A stretch of DNA of 51,380 nucleotides from Stramenopiles sp. TOSAG23-6 (lineage: Eukaryota). Where the stretch lies: assembly GCA_900128565.1 (NCBI GenBank), contig LT635922.1:1-51380 (forward strand). The letters run 5' to 3'. Of this stretch, positions 11,801 to 22,552 are shown in pieces. Both the position numbers and the translations under genes were made by a program. The first letter of the stretch is position 1. The number at the start of each line of letters is the position of its first letter. The notes under the pieces are model-generated. The model had not been told where the DNA came from. It did not search any database and saw nothing but the letters and a program-made list of their open reading frames with translations.

Positions 11801-12019
11801 TCGCTCACGCGCCTTATCTAAGGCCGACAATCCTTTATTTTTACTAATGTATCCCTCCGAATAAGCGATGCTTTGTTGTGGTATTGTTGCTCGAGGCAAA
11901 GGTGAAGTGGGGCTATTATTTTCAGTTAACATGACGGTATTACGCGAGCTATCACCCAAAATTTGAGACCGTATGTTTGATAGCTGGTTCATCAATGTCT
12001 CCCGATGACCCAACGACAT
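8834..12019 (-). CDS. Uncharacterised protist protein with dispersed (E)CxFxPxI repeats
   Basis: 1061-aa ORF with repeats ECPFVPNI, ECTFKPKI, ECSFQPNV, YSFHPKI, SCRFQPRL. Confidence 0.75.
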   Translation of the reverse strand: MSLGHRETLMNQLSNIRSQILGDSSRNTVMLTENNSPTSPLPRATIPQQSIAYSEGYISKNKGLSALDKARERVTNLRSNLPSASNLKKREESIGNSSAFAEMSGEDISYVDATSPDNPSNELNLISDENYYSEPLPRQSDTVLSMARAHVLSLNDKDLREMVELAADTHLQSLQNQKRNRKFVPNKGNVFSNDETAISSSLSPNNGVKQLSLYSRLLKEPETKPSTGTVVKLDQTKVPIHHAKPRRKSIPILLVTVNIGDGRNGLVRIFSGDKPDELATEFCRRKRLRSSAIPVLTNFFAQKMDEVNARSVVPQTQHRINTEQNQQKKKNRRGVVVKTNWATELRKITKIKPKSIKKTQKSKDPRIGFDCGKRLYNDAKRKNARHNIDAQVALKRQLEKEILECPFVPNITTYARKIRRNGNVCQNLYNSKENHDCFNGNLVSSRTLKEKSELEECTFKPKICMKSKEISNEMKYRKRQRAISTLTSVGISKNEAIKVLNNALAQVDKTKHSELFREAEARQIRRMDRASLKDTECSFQPNVNHNHIDTVVSSMSVMECDSDDTVLFERENIPVYENNQNNEKSMNHEQNDDFCIDHGRINTSAEGVNDSVFERLYNSQSYTEDKLANLRYLKGAVHPKTGRILYHPRRGRSPLNNHNPHHKSIGNYLHSTPIESHKLNTTTTVNEKSFVSEQSKNIYKNSLERQLRYIFGDMLAPADRARWYRAMKCVYQSHDSKDDDKNISTKSIIHAGMDVMSTITLNVTTANYEKLPKKLRKVIPDLLQPLIQSKNNVIHFRDFMDIFEKILNNSVNLADGIDLRSALWKYNKHSISTPQYSFHPKISDYSRKLRKGIPCEILARCNELFKESAKKKERLAIAQKCALDKEVESCRFQPRLFTKGYRKKKRDSVVNTHTSSKKLRPPKTPQPRRRLPHQLQCTEIFSKAKFASNTKNKTSKKREKISERRKYIPLEEILTKVHASNLFKKGNTVRTSKLLKLCDSITSLYCRHTDCMPLSSIQKHKIEENLLNRCNIDISNPGLNRSGFRDWLRDSFTAIGEPILS

Positions 12020-12306
12020 CGTTTCAGTAATTTACTGGTACGATGACTACAACAAATCTAATCAATGGCATGACTTCTATTTGACATTTCGATCAATTGA
12101 GAAATTAAGAGAGTTTGTTTCAACTTTTTTCATTTGTTTTTTTTGAGTCCATGGCTTGATCGGAGGTTTTTGAAATCAAAAAACTTTGTCAAAAGTCGCG
12201 GGAAATTCAAAAAATATCTCTTTCATTATTTTGACGTACTTCTCTCTCTCTCTCTCGTCCCTCTTCTAATAGCCGTAGAAGTAGCTGGTTTTCACCATTT
12301 CGAAGA

Positions 12307-15300
12307 ATGACTAGAAAATCATCCAATCCCACATACTCAAAAGACCATACTGAGTATAGTGGACATGTTTATGTAAAGCCTATTGAGCTCTCTAAGATCA
12401 GGAAAGGTATGACTAGCCTACCTCCAGGGATAGTTGGTGCCGTTCAGGGTGAATTAGAGCTGACAATTGTTGGACCAACGGACCTCACTGAGTATGGAGG
12501 CACATATATAAAAGAAAACATTCCGCTTGCAGCTAGAATTTCTTGGTTGGGAAATACATCTGAGGGAATTTTAGTACCGATAATGCGGAAGAGTCACTTT
12601 AAAAACGACTCAGCTCAAGTAATTAGTCAGTTAAAATGTGTAAAGAATAATGAATCCGATCCAAACTCTACCTTATACCCCATTATCTGTGGAAATCGAG
12701 GATTAGCCCGTTACTTAGAAGATATGCAATATTTACCCATTGAAATTTGTGATGCATCATCCTTGCATATTATTGGATGTGCTTCTTTACACTTGCGTGA
12801 TATTTCACTTCCAGTGACTTCCAACGTACCACTCTTTGAGGCTAAAAATGGAAAGCAGCTTTTGGGAACACTTGCTGTAGAACTAGTCGCACGATTTGGC
12901 TCTGATTCTAAATTAGTAGTTGCTCAATATTTTGAAAGCGAAAATACACACACCGGTGATGATCGAAGTACAGAATGTGGAAGCCAGGTTACTGATAGTC
13001 AAAATAATGTAACTGTAGAAGATATTTTTCCTAGAAAATATTCTCCACGACCATCTCTACAGGACTCTCGTTCAAAAGATGAAGACTTGCATAATTTAAA
13101 TGTGTCACCGACATCATTCAGTCCACCAATATCTATAGTGAATGAAACAAACAAAAAATGTAATATTAGAGACGTGGGAAATCCACTTTCAGTCCTTGGG
13201 ACATTATTAGAACGCGGTAAACGTTTACGATATCAAATGGACAAATCTCAAAATGGTATAATATTATCTGGAAAAGAAAATACAACTAGGGAATCATACA
13301 TTTCGAATAACGGAACTTCAGTAGGTTCTTGTTCAGTTGGTGTGACATTTTCAGATATAGCAAGTCAGTGCTCTTTACCGACAAGTACATTAGGCAGTCC
13401 TACAATAACAAGTCAAATAACAGTACCAGCTGTCAGTGAGGAGTGTGTATATGAAGATGAAAAAAATAAAAGTCTCTCTTCACGATGGAATTCGCCGGAC
13501 ACTGATCGAACATCCAGATTTCCTGCATCTAAAAAAACATATTTTCCATCGGCACATGTGCCACCATATTCTGAATTTCAAACCGATATGAAGACACCAA
13601 CAGAAACATTTAATATGCAATTGTTGACTGAACCTCTTTTACTTGAAGATCAGAAAGTGAAACCCGTGTCAAATAAACTTGATACTCTCTTACCACTAGC
13701 CACACTTGGTAGTGATATTTCATCGGAACTCGTTCGTGTGTATGCAGTAAGTATGAATATGCCAAGTATTGTTTTCGCTGGGGTATTGGGAGGTGAAGAG
13801 TGTGTTGGTCATGGATGGAGAATAAAATATGAAATTCCTACAACCTCAGCAAATGGGATTCAAAATACAACCACCATTGAAGTACAAATTGCAAATTTTG
13901 AACCAAAGACTCATTCCGTAGAACTCAATCATAATTCTGTATATCCTTTACTATTTGATCACGATATGGCTAAGACATGGAAGGAAGGTATTCTCCAATT
14001 TCAATTGTGGCATGAAGAAACTTTAGTTGCTGATGGCGAAGTCACATTGCGTCAAGTTTTATTCTCTTCAAGTATGTCATTGCAATGTATGGTGCCTTTA
14101 ATAGGAAAACCAGGTTCAAAGATTCCTCGTCGTCACAGAGTAGAGCCAAAAGAAGAACATGGTAGCCGTTTTAGATTGCGTGGAGGAGGTCGATATACGA
14201 GGCAACGAAGACTTAAAAAAGAAAAAAAAACATTGAAGCCAATAGGTATTAAGAACGATAAAACAATTCTCGCATCTATTGAAATTACTCTACACCTGCA
14301 ACAACAACCATGTGGAATACTTCCTACAAGTGTTGTTGCACAAATGCATGGTGTACCATTGTCATTAGAGTCTTACATATCCAAAACTAGCAGTTGTCAT
14401 TCAAAAAAATACTCACATAAAGAAGTAACTTGTCCAACACATTCTACTCAATTAGTACAGCTTCCAAAGAGCATTCAAACATATACACAAAATAAGAATA
14501 TTCAGAGATTAGTTCATCTTCATGTACACGCAGATTGGGCATCTGAATGCCTTGTCGGTGATTGGATGAGTTTAAATCTAAAAAAAAATTGTGTGACACT
14601 GAGAATTCGATATCGATCCTTCGCTGATCCACCAAAGTCAGTAGTTGACAATTATGAAACTGCGAGAGAACGATCTTATGAAATTATTGGTCAGCACCGC
14701 AATTCACGTTTTGTATTTACAGATGCCATTCGTGAACCTCTGGTTCTCACTCCTAAACTATTGCGCTATCTATGCGATCATCATCTTATGCTTGAGGTAT
14801 GGGCTGTATGTGCTGCAGGATTAGCACCTGGTTCGGATCAAGAATGGGCTTTCGTAGGTCTTTGTAAAATTCCTTTACATAGAATGTATGACTCGTACAA
14901 AGTGAATAATACAAACGACAATTTAGTTGTAGCTTTAGATGGAATTGTTAATGTGACAGATCCAATATCAGGGGAATCCCGTGGAACAGTTCGTTTGTGT
15001 GTCGCATCAGGTAGCCAAGCATCACTTGAACTGATGGGATTACAACGTGGGGCAGCGATAATAATTCAACGTTTTATTCGAACTTATATATCTTCTCTTT
15101 TAAAGTCTCGTAAATCTAATACATGCAAACAAATAACTTTCTCTTCGAATGATCCAGAGATCTCAAATAGATCGAGAATGAATTTAAGTAAGAGGATGCA
15201 TGGATCGGCAAAGAAAAATAACAAAAAAATAACAGAAATACATTTTGGCAATGATAGAAACGACCTCGAAGTCTTATCGGAATCAAATATAGACTATCAT

Positions 15301-18120
15301 GACAAAGGTAAGAATATTAGCAAGCATACATGCCAATTGCAGAATATATCATCTTCGACTCTACCAGTGAAAGATGTAGTTGGTAATAGAAATGATACAG
15401 CTTCTCCTACTAATGAACATGTGTTTATGTTTGAAATTGTAGGAAGTTGTTTACACTCAAAAAGCAAAAATCAGATACATTCTGGTTCTGATACTGATTG
15501 GGGATTTTATGTGGAATATGCATGGCCTAATGAGAATGATAAGCATTTACTATGGTGGGATTGTAATGCGTCACTGAATACACGTACGCGGCATGAAATA
15601 TATCAATATCCAATTTCTAATATTTCAAGTTCTCTAAAGTTTTCTCTTCTAGCTGGATCTACAAACTCTCAATCCAACAATCAAAGCATTGTAAAATTAG
15701 GACAAGCAGTTTTACAAGATTTTAAAGTGAAAGATTTTCTACAGAAAGCAAATAAACTTGGAACTGCCGAGCAAATATTTGAAGTAACTATAATTTGGAA
15801 TGATGATGCTACTCAAAGTATATCTTCTAATTTTTGTGCCACACAACTTCCGGAAACACTACATCTTCGATTTTGCTATCAATGCCTTATGAAGGGGGGG
15901 GAGAGTACTACGGATTGTCAAACTTTAAATGCTGTTATCAGAGACGAATCTTCTTCACGTAAAAAAAAACTGAATAAACCTTGTATAGATCCAATAAGTG
16001 ATCCATCGTCAATTCTTCAGGCAGAAGATCTCTGCGAATCAAGTAAAAAACAAATATCTGTCATTTCTCCGATGTCAGAGAGATTGTTACCCACTAACAC
16101 GACAATGCTTATTCATCTAAGAGAAGCACGAAATCTTGATAAAATTTGCTTACAACCAAACAATTTATTATATAAAGATCAATGTTTTAAGGTTGCTGTA
16201 CGTTTCGCGTTTTTCACCGGAGGTTTTGGATTTGATTCAGTTTCAATGCGACATGGTGTAAACGTAGGTTTGTGTGACGGATGGATTGCTCGGGAAACAT
16301 TACAATCTTCACCTTCATGGAATCCTGTATGGGATTGGCATGAAGATATTCCTGTAAAAATTGATCCATCCCTAGTGGAATATATACAAAATTGTGATAT
16401 TAGGTTTGAAGTTGTAATGCGCTCAAATGTTCCCGGCAACGATACAGGTGATAATGTTGTTGGCTGCTGCAATGTGCCATTAAATCATACATTGATGGAT
16501 CGTAATGGTATTCAAGGTTGGTTTCCTATTAATTCAGTTCATGGTACTGGTAATTGCGGTGAATTGAATGTAAGTATTTGCTTCACGCACTATCAATCTG
16601 ATTCTAATTACAAATTCTCGGCAGTACATAGTACAACAGATTCATTGCCGTCGAAGAGTGGGGTCAATTTTATAGAAGAGTCAAGTGTAAAGTCTGAGAG
16701 AAATACCAGTAAATCTCCCACTACATTATCGGATTCACCATCATTGAAGAGAAATGAGGATACACAGAGGAAATCCCCAGTAACTGCGAATGATATTATT
16801 GATTTCTTATCTGTTTGTGACAATGATTCTACAGTATTATTTCATCCACATGGTAGAAATAAAAGGAAATCTGACACGAATACTACTACAACAAAATCAA
16901 AACAAGAAAGTAATTCAAATCATCACTTAAAACAATCTGTATCATTTTCGAAATCAACTCTTGAAGATAGTATTGTCACTCGTGAAATGGCAACTGCTGA
17001 AGCTCAGGCTTTATTTGGTGAAGAAACGAGTACTGTAATACACAACGATTTATCTAGTATGAGTTATTCCCTCAATAATATCGACCGTTTGTTAGGAAAT
17101 TCTGATAATACAATGAAATATTTGCATAATGATCCTAATACTAAAATTTTTCCGGAGAATAATTTATCTTCGAAAGACGTAAAATGTGACTTGCAAATGG
17201 ACGCATCTAGAAACAATACTAATACTCTGTATAAACCAAATAAGTTAAATGCAAATGAAAAAACATTTATGTTAAAAAATAAGCTATTGTCTAATTTAGG
17301 TGATTTAGACAGAATGATGGAAGGCTTTAATGAAAATAAGCAACATCCTGCTATATATACTGAAAATTGTAACGCATCAACCGTTGATAAACAAAAAGTT
17401 ATCTCACATGAAGAGTTTTCAAATGTATCGGATAGCGAGGTTTGCAATGTAATGCAAACAAACACGGTGGAACTTACAGGGAAAGAAGAAATAAATATCA
17501 TTAAATCTGTTGAAAAAGAATGTTACCATACTGATGAGCAAGTCGAATCAATACCAATGATTAATTCAGTAAAATCATCTGGTTTTCGAGAAACTCCAAC
17601 AATTGAGAGTATTATTAGTGGATTGAATGGCATTTGTAATAGATTGCAGAGCGAATCATCAGATTTTGACCCCAGTAATGTTTCTTTTCTTCTAGATCCT
17701 ACAAGCAATGATGCATCATTCGCCCTTGTTTTGCAAGATACAAGTAAGCCTACCTATAACGGTAATGATTCCTTTGTGAATGACGCGGAACATAATTCGT
17801 GGCTGGAATGGGCTTCACAGGAGCACGAGAAGAGTTCTGCAGCGAAAATGATACAACGCGCATGGTCTTCTTATATGAAAAAAACAAACGATAGAAAAAT
17901 ATTGCTTAGTCACGAAACAAAACTGGCATCAACTGATATATATAGTAAAGAGATAAATTTTTCATATAATACCAATCATTGTATGAATGATTCAATGAGG
18001 ACTAAAGAAAAAGTTTACATTAATACAAAACTCAAAAGTTTGAAAGTTAAAAATAATGAATCCTCATTTGCATTGTTGGATAGCAAGACCCAGCGCATTG
18101 CTAGGATCTTGAGAGGCTAG
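12307..18120 (+). CDS. C2CD3: C2 domain-containing centriolar protein, C2CD3-like
   Basis: N-terminal RISWLG...YPIICG...YLEDM block, several C2-like segments, IQ-like motifs and C-terminal TQRIARIL resemble C2CD3. Confidence 0.7.
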   Translation: MTRKSSNPTYSKDHTEYSGHVYVKPIELSKIRKGMTSLPPGIVGAVQGELELTIVGPTDLTEYGGTYIKENIPLAARISWLGNTSEGILVPIMRKSHFKNDSAQVISQLKCVKNNESDPNSTLYPIICGNRGLARYLEDMQYLPIEICDASSLHIIGCASLHLRDISLPVTSNVPLFEAKNGKQLLGTLAVELVARFGSDSKLVVAQYFESENTHTGDDRSTECGSQVTDSQNNVTVEDIFPRKYSPRPSLQDSRSKDEDLHNLNVSPTSFSPPISIVNETNKKCNIRDVGNPLSVLGTLLERGKRLRYQMDKSQNGIILSGKENTTRESYISNNGTSVGSCSVGVTFSDIASQCSLPTSTLGSPTITSQITVPAVSEECVYEDEKNKSLSSRWNSPDTDRTSRFPASKKTYFPSAHVPPYSEFQTDMKTPTETFNMQLLTEPLLLEDQKVKPVSNKLDTLLPLATLGSDISSELVRVYAVSMNMPSIVFAGVLGGEECVGHGWRIKYEIPTTSANGIQNTTTIEVQIANFEPKTHSVELNHNSVYPLLFDHDMAKTWKEGILQFQLWHEETLVADGEVTLRQVLFSSSMSLQCMVPLIGKPGSKIPRRHRVEPKEEHGSRFRLRGGGRYTRQRRLKKEKKTLKPIGIKNDKTILASIEITLHLQQQPCGILPTSVVAQMHGVPLSLESYISKTSSCHSKKYSHKEVTCPTHSTQLVQLPKSIQTYTQNKNIQRLVHLHVHADWASECLVGDWMSLNLKKNCVTLRIRYRSFADPPKSVVDNYETARERSYEIIGQHRNSRFVFTDAIREPLVLTPKLLRYLCDHHLMLEVWAVCAAGLAPGSDQEWAFVGLCKIPLHRMYDSYKVNNTNDNLVVALDGIVNVTDPISGESRGTVRLCVASGSQASLELMGLQRGAAIIIQRFIRTYISSLLKSRKSNTCKQITFSSNDPEISNRSRMNLSKRMHGSAKKNNKKITEIHFGNDRNDLEVLSESNIDYHDKGKNISKHTCQLQNISSSTLPVKDVVGNRNDTASPTNEHVFMFEIVGSCLHSKSKNQIHSGSDTDWGFYVEYAWPNENDKHLLWWDCNASLNTRTRHEIYQYPISNISSSLKFSLLAGSTNSQSNNQSIVKLGQAVLQDFKVKDFLQKANKLGTAEQIFEVTIIWNDDATQSISSNFCATQLPETLHLRFCYQCLMKGGESTTDCQTLNAVIRDESSSRKKKLNKPCIDPISDPSSILQAEDLCESSKKQISVISPMSERLLPTNTTMLIHLREARNLDKICLQPNNLLYKDQCFKVAVRFAFFTGGFGFDSVSMRHGVNVGLCDGWIARETLQSSPSWNPVWDWHEDIPVKIDPSLVEYIQNCDIRFEVVMRSNVPGNDTGDNVVGCCNVPLNHTLMDRNGIQGWFPINSVHGTGNCGELNVSICFTHYQSDSNYKFSAVHSTTDSLPSKSGVNFIEESSVKSERNTSKSPTTLSDSPSLKRNEDTQRKSPVTANDIIDFLSVCDNDSTVLFHPHGRNKRKSDTNTTTTKSKQESNSNHHLKQSVSFSKSTLEDSIVTREMATAEAQALFGEETSTVIHNDLSSMSYSLNNIDRLLGNSDNTMKYLHNDPNTKIFPENNLSSKDVKCDLQMDASRNNTNTLYKPNKLNANEKTFMLKNKLLSNLGDLDRMMEGFNENKQHPAIYTENCNASTVDKQKVISHEEFSNVSDSEVCNVMQTNTVELTGKEEINIIKSVEKECYHTDEQVESIPMINSVKSSGFRETPTIESIISGLNGICNRLQSESSDFDPSNVSFLLDPTSNDASFALVLQDTSKPTYNGNDSFVNDAEHNSWLEWASQEHEKSSAAKMIQRAWSSYMKKTNDRKILLSHETKLASTDIYSKEINFSYNTNHCMNDSMRTKEKVYINTKLKSLKVKNNESSFALLDSKTQRIARILRG

Positions 18121-18205
18121 CACTAACATAACCATTTAATTATAATTATATCTTTTTTATAATCTATAAAATATAATACTATACACGAATCTATATATAT
18201 CATAA

Positions 18206-21200
18206 TTATTTCAGTGAAATGCCATACTTTGATGAGAGAGCTTCCAATTCGGTCTGCGACGAAACACTAGATTGAAGAGTAGAAAATATAGTCTTGAGTT
18301 TTATTTCGGCTAATGATGGAAGCATCATCAACGCTGTTTTGAAGCCATTACATGCGGACAATGAAGTAAGTAATTCCAATGCTCCACTAGGTTCATTAGT
18401 TACGTATTTCCCACCAATAGTTGTGACTATACTAGCGAGATCATCTGTGTCAATCGATCGTTTAAATATACGTTTAATATCTGAAAGTTTCCGCATTCCG
18501 TGTAAATATTTTGCCCGACTTTCTTGGCACTTTCTAAGAGATGACCATTCTTTACGAAAATGATAGGCATTACGTGGAATTTTAAATACAGCATTTTGAT
18601 TATTCCTTGATGATTCGGCAATCTTTATTGCTCTTTCTTTTTGTTTTTGTATCACTTCTTGATTGATTGTCACAGGCTTTTTTTCTGTTGCTTTTGAGGG
18701 GATCTTCGTCCGCTGTTGAGCAAGTTTCTCAGAATCAGCAAGTAGCTTAACAACAACATTTAAAAGCTTCTGTACTTGAGTATTTCCACCTTGAATGCCT
18801 TTAGCTTCATTTAAATCAGACAATGAAGCCTTATAACTATCAATTCCATTGCCTGTTTTTATACACTCAGATTTATCACCTAAACGTTTATATGCAGTAG
18901 ATCTACGAAAATACGCTTTTAAGAGAAGTTTGGAATCTTTTGTGTACTTAATAGCATCGCTACAGCAATGTATTACTTCATCCAACCTATCAAGATGTAG
19001 TAGTGCAGCAGCTTTGTTACAATATACATCAGATTGATCAATTTTAAGCTCTATAGCAGCATCATAACAGGAGCATGCTGCGATGAAGTTTTTAGATTTG
19101 AAGTGAACATTTCCTTCTAATTTCTTTTGCATAGCATTGGCTACTTTACAATCGCTAACGCTGTTATCTGCTACTTGATCTTGGTTTTCCTTTGGCAACT
19201 GAAGATGTTTTGTATCAGCTGCTTCACGATTCGAATTGCTTACATTATCATTATCATCTTCACTGTCACTTCCGACAACAACGGGAATACGACGGAAAGA
19301 TTTTGACTGAACTGGTGGTTTCGGAGGCTGAGCATCTAAAGAATCTTTACGGTGTTTTCTAGTAATCCCTGTTTTTTTGAAAAGATCAACATGTTTCTTC
19401 TGATTTTGATTTTTTGTTGTTTTATCCACACTCTTATTAGTTTTCGACATATTTATTTTATCGCCATTATGCATACTATTCATCTCTGCAATTGCCCGAG
19501 GATGGTCAGGTTCAACAGAAAGAATTGCAGCAAAATCCTCCGTTGCAGCGTCAATTTTGTTCTGAGCCTTGCGAGCCAAACCTCTTCTGAAATGTGCCTT
19601 CAATCGCATTTTAGTTTTGGCTGGATCCTTCGCTGGTGCCATTACAAGTGCTATTGATGTATCTTGCTCGGCTTTCGTGTTATCTCCACGTTGTAGATGG
19701 ACAGCTGCACGATTACAGTACGCAGCAATATTGCGAGGGTTTGCAGTCAATGCCAAAGAATATTCTTTTACAGCACCATCTAAATCCCCACTCTGAAAGC
19801 AATTATTACCCCGACATCGATGAGCTTCCGATTTCTTTTCGGGTGATAAATTATCAATATCTTCAACGGAATTTGAATCAATTTTGCACACATCTTCAGA
19901 TTTCATTGTTTCTTGAGTTGTAGAAGTAGATTCTTCAATTCTACTCTGTTTTTCATCCAAATAATAACCTATCCCTTTGATGCCTTTCTGGAAGAAATAA
20001 CCAGGTCGAGAACCACAAAATGTAGATGATGCAACAAATGAAGAGCCACACAAATTTAGAGGTACAGTTGAAGCTAAACTTTCGTTGTCATCACTTTCAT
20101 CACTATCACTATCACTGTCGTCTTCTACTATTGTCATCCTTGTAAATCCACCAACTCGTTTTGGAGCAGGAATGGCGATACCCATTTCTTTTAATATTTT
20201 TCTACCATTATCACCTTCTACATCAAGGTATTTGTCACGGGATTCATTCAAAAGTCCTCCAAGATGTTTATTGTTTGGAGCTAATTCTATAGCCTTGCAA
20301 TAGTCCTTAATAGCACCAATGTAATTACCACGACGATGCCGCGCAACACCACGTCTTGATCTTGCTTTTACATAAGATGGATCTAGATTAATGGCTAATG
20401 TACAATCAGCTTCAGCACCAGAAAACTGTTTTAGACGCAATTTAGCCATAGCACGATTAGCGAACACAATAGCACTTTTTTTAATTACTGCAGATCTAGA
20501 ATAATACAACATCGCTTCTTCATATTCTGTAGCTCGGAAACATTCATTACCTTTTTGCCGTTCGCGATCAGATAGGCGAGTTCTTTCCGCTTCAGAAAGA
20601 GTCGAGGGATCTATTTTTAAGCCTATATTTTCTAACTCTTCACGTCTTTTCAAGATAGCTGCTTTCCGAAGACGACGTTCTCGTTCAAGAGACTCCTTTG
20701 CTTCACCCTCTGCTGTTTCAATTTTTGATAACTCTTCTTCGTCATTAAACGCATCCCAGTCATTATAATAATCCTTGAACGCACGAGCTTTTGGATCACG
20801 TTTACCGGTGGCTGCCCAACGAGATGGAGCGTTATTTACAGGCGTGACTTCTTGGATTAGTGGATTTTGGGTTTCCTCATTTGGATCCATTTTATCTTGA
20901 TTATTTGTATCATCGTCATCAGAGTCATTGTTTGAGTGGCCTCTAGGTGGTGGTATTTGACGTCGACATACACGACGAGGTTTTGGGCCCAATTTGGAAG
21001 CGGTGATCCCTTGGTCTGTTTTGTTAATTTCAAGTAACCAATTAGACAGATCACCCGTAGCTTCTGCTTTTTCAGACGGTGTTTCTGTTCGCTTCAAATT
21101 GAGATATTTAATCCTATCGATATCTGGCATCAGCGATAATAAACGCTTCTCCGTTGTTGACACAAGATCTGGGTATGAGCCTTCTTTTCCAGATTCCAAA

Positions 21201-21343
21201 ACAGTTAAAATGTCACGTAACTCCTTCACACTCGTGCATTTTGCAACATACTCGTAATCCAATCTTTCGATAGGTATATCGGGAATATCTGCATAACGAT
21301 TACTCTCCATTTTAAGTACAGAAGAATTATCTGGGAAAACCAT
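18206..21343 (-). CDS. SPAG1: TPR co-chaperone SPAG1 (RPAP3 family; dynein-arm assembly)
   Basis: N-terminal IPIERLDYEYVAKC...LESGKEGSYPDL is SPAG1-like; three TPR clusters (KGNECF, RGNNCF, EGNVHF); C-terminal RPAP3_C-like PRNAYHFRKEW. Confidence 0.88.
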   Translation of the reverse strand: MVFPDNSSVLKMESNRYADIPDIPIERLDYEYVAKCTSVKELRDILTVLESGKEGSYPDLVSTTEKRLLSLMPDIDRIKYLNLKRTETPSEKAEATGDLSNWLLEINKTDQGITASKLGPKPRRVCRRQIPPPRGHSNNDSDDDDTNNQDKMDPNEETQNPLIQEVTPVNNAPSRWAATGKRDPKARAFKDYYNDWDAFNDEEELSKIETAEGEAKESLERERRLRKAAILKRREELENIGLKIDPSTLSEAERTRLSDRERQKGNECFRATEYEEAMLYYSRSAVIKKSAIVFANRAMAKLRLKQFSGAEADCTLAINLDPSYVKARSRRGVARHRRGNYIGAIKDYCKAIELAPNNKHLGGLLNESRDKYLDVEGDNGRKILKEMGIAIPAPKRVGGFTRMTIVEDDSDSDSDESDDNESLASTVPLNLCGSSFVASSTFCGSRPGYFFQKGIKGIGYYLDEKQSRIEESTSTTQETMKSEDVCKIDSNSVEDIDNLSPEKKSEAHRCRGNNCFQSGDLDGAVKEYSLALTANPRNIAAYCNRAAVHLQRGDNTKAEQDTSIALVMAPAKDPAKTKMRLKAHFRRGLARKAQNKIDAATEDFAAILSVEPDHPRAIAEMNSMHNGDKINMSKTNKSVDKTTKNQNQKKHVDLFKKTGITRKHRKDSLDAQPPKPPVQSKSFRRIPVVVGSDSEDDNDNVSNSNREAADTKHLQLPKENQDQVADNSVSDCKVANAMQKKLEGNVHFKSKNFIAACSCYDAAIELKIDQSDVYCNKAAALLHLDRLDEVIHCCSDAIKYTKDSKLLLKAYFRRSTAYKRLGDKSECIKTGNGIDSYKASLSDLNEAKGIQGGNTQVQKLLNVVVKLLADSEKLAQQRTKIPSKATEKKPVTINQEVIQKQKERAIKIAESSRNNQNAVFKIPRNAYHFRKEWSSLRKCQESRAKYLHGMRKLSDIKRIFKRSIDTDDLASIVTTIGGKYVTNEPSGALELLTSLSACNGFKTALMMLPSLAEIKLKTIFSTLQSSVSSQTELEALSSKYGISLK

Positions 21344-21694
21344 TCTAGGATCCCGGAAAAAAAAAAGGTATTCCAGTTAGCCGCTTGAGCTTGGAGCCGC
21401 TTGTTTTTGTTTTTTCATTCTTGAAGTTCAACGTATCGATCTTGCTCTAGGGTTAGGGTTTTTTTTCATCGGTTTTTTTTCTTATCGCATCTAAAAGTTG
21501 TTCCATCGTCCCTTACTGAAGTATTGTGTTGACTTTTAAAAATTGCATGCACAAATACAAACTTAGTTACCGTTAAAGCTCTTTTAGTATCGAACGACTT
21601 TGCATTATAGTTTCTCAAGTTATTTTTTGTTCCTACTGTTATAATTTGGCATACATCGGATATAGAAATTTCATAATAGGATATATTTGTAGAA

Positions 21695-22210
21695 ATGGGT
21701 AACGCTCCCCTTATCTCGGAGTGTTCGTCGGGGCGTACACTTGTGAAAAAGGGATATGTTATAAAGCGTTCGGTTAGAAAGAAAGGAAATAATTGGAAAC
21801 GGCGATATTTGAGGTTATATAATGATGGAACTCTTGACACCTTGGGTTCGGAGAACGATACGAACGTTAAACGACGTATACAGATGGAAAAAACATCCAA
21901 AGTGAAAAAAGTGTGGGACCATGCCATTACTCGTGGTGAAGGCTATGTGTGGCTACTAGAAAATCCTGATGGATTTGAAGTTTGTTATCGATGTCTTCAA
22001 GAAGAGATTCGAAGTGATTGGATAGACTGTGTCAGGAATACAATAGAAAATTTGGTTCCACGGGCAACTGAGAGTAAAATAGGTAATTTTAGTGGGAAAG
22101 CAAGTTCTATAGATAGTGTATGTACGAATTCTAGTGATATTATAGACTCATCTGATGATCATGGTGGTGGCGAACTCCATGGATCAGATATTGCCCTTAC
22201 ACTTGAATGA
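21695..22210 (+). CDS. PH-domain protein
   Basis: KKGYVIKR...NWKRRYLRL...RSDWIDCVR PH pattern; MG start could be myristoylated. Confidence 0.8.
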   Translation: MGNAPLISECSSGRTLVKKGYVIKRSVRKKGNNWKRRYLRLYNDGTLDTLGSENDTNVKRRIQMEKTSKVKKVWDHAITRGEGYVWLLENPDGFEVCYRCLQEEIRSDWIDCVRNTIENLVPRATESKIGNFSGKASSIDSVCTNSSDIIDSSDDHGGGELHGSDIALTLE

Positions 22211-22552
22211 TAAATATGCTCAACAATATTGGAACAACCGTGATGTATATATAGTGATTTATATATATTCATATATAGTGATTTATATATATTCTAGAGT
22301 CAGATGGCATTTAATAAATATACAATTAATTAGAATATGAAGTATAATTTTGTTTTTCTTTTTTTTGTTTGTATTTTTGTAGGTTGTTTAGAAAACTTTT
22401 TGTTGTTCACATTGTATTGAGAAAAGTAGAAAAGTTCGTCAGATTTTTTTTATTGATGTATAAATTTTGTCTAGACGCTAACAACGTACATCGTATGTAC
22501 ACAGTGATGTATGCATAATTTGAAATTAACCATCTTCAACACATATGTAAGA

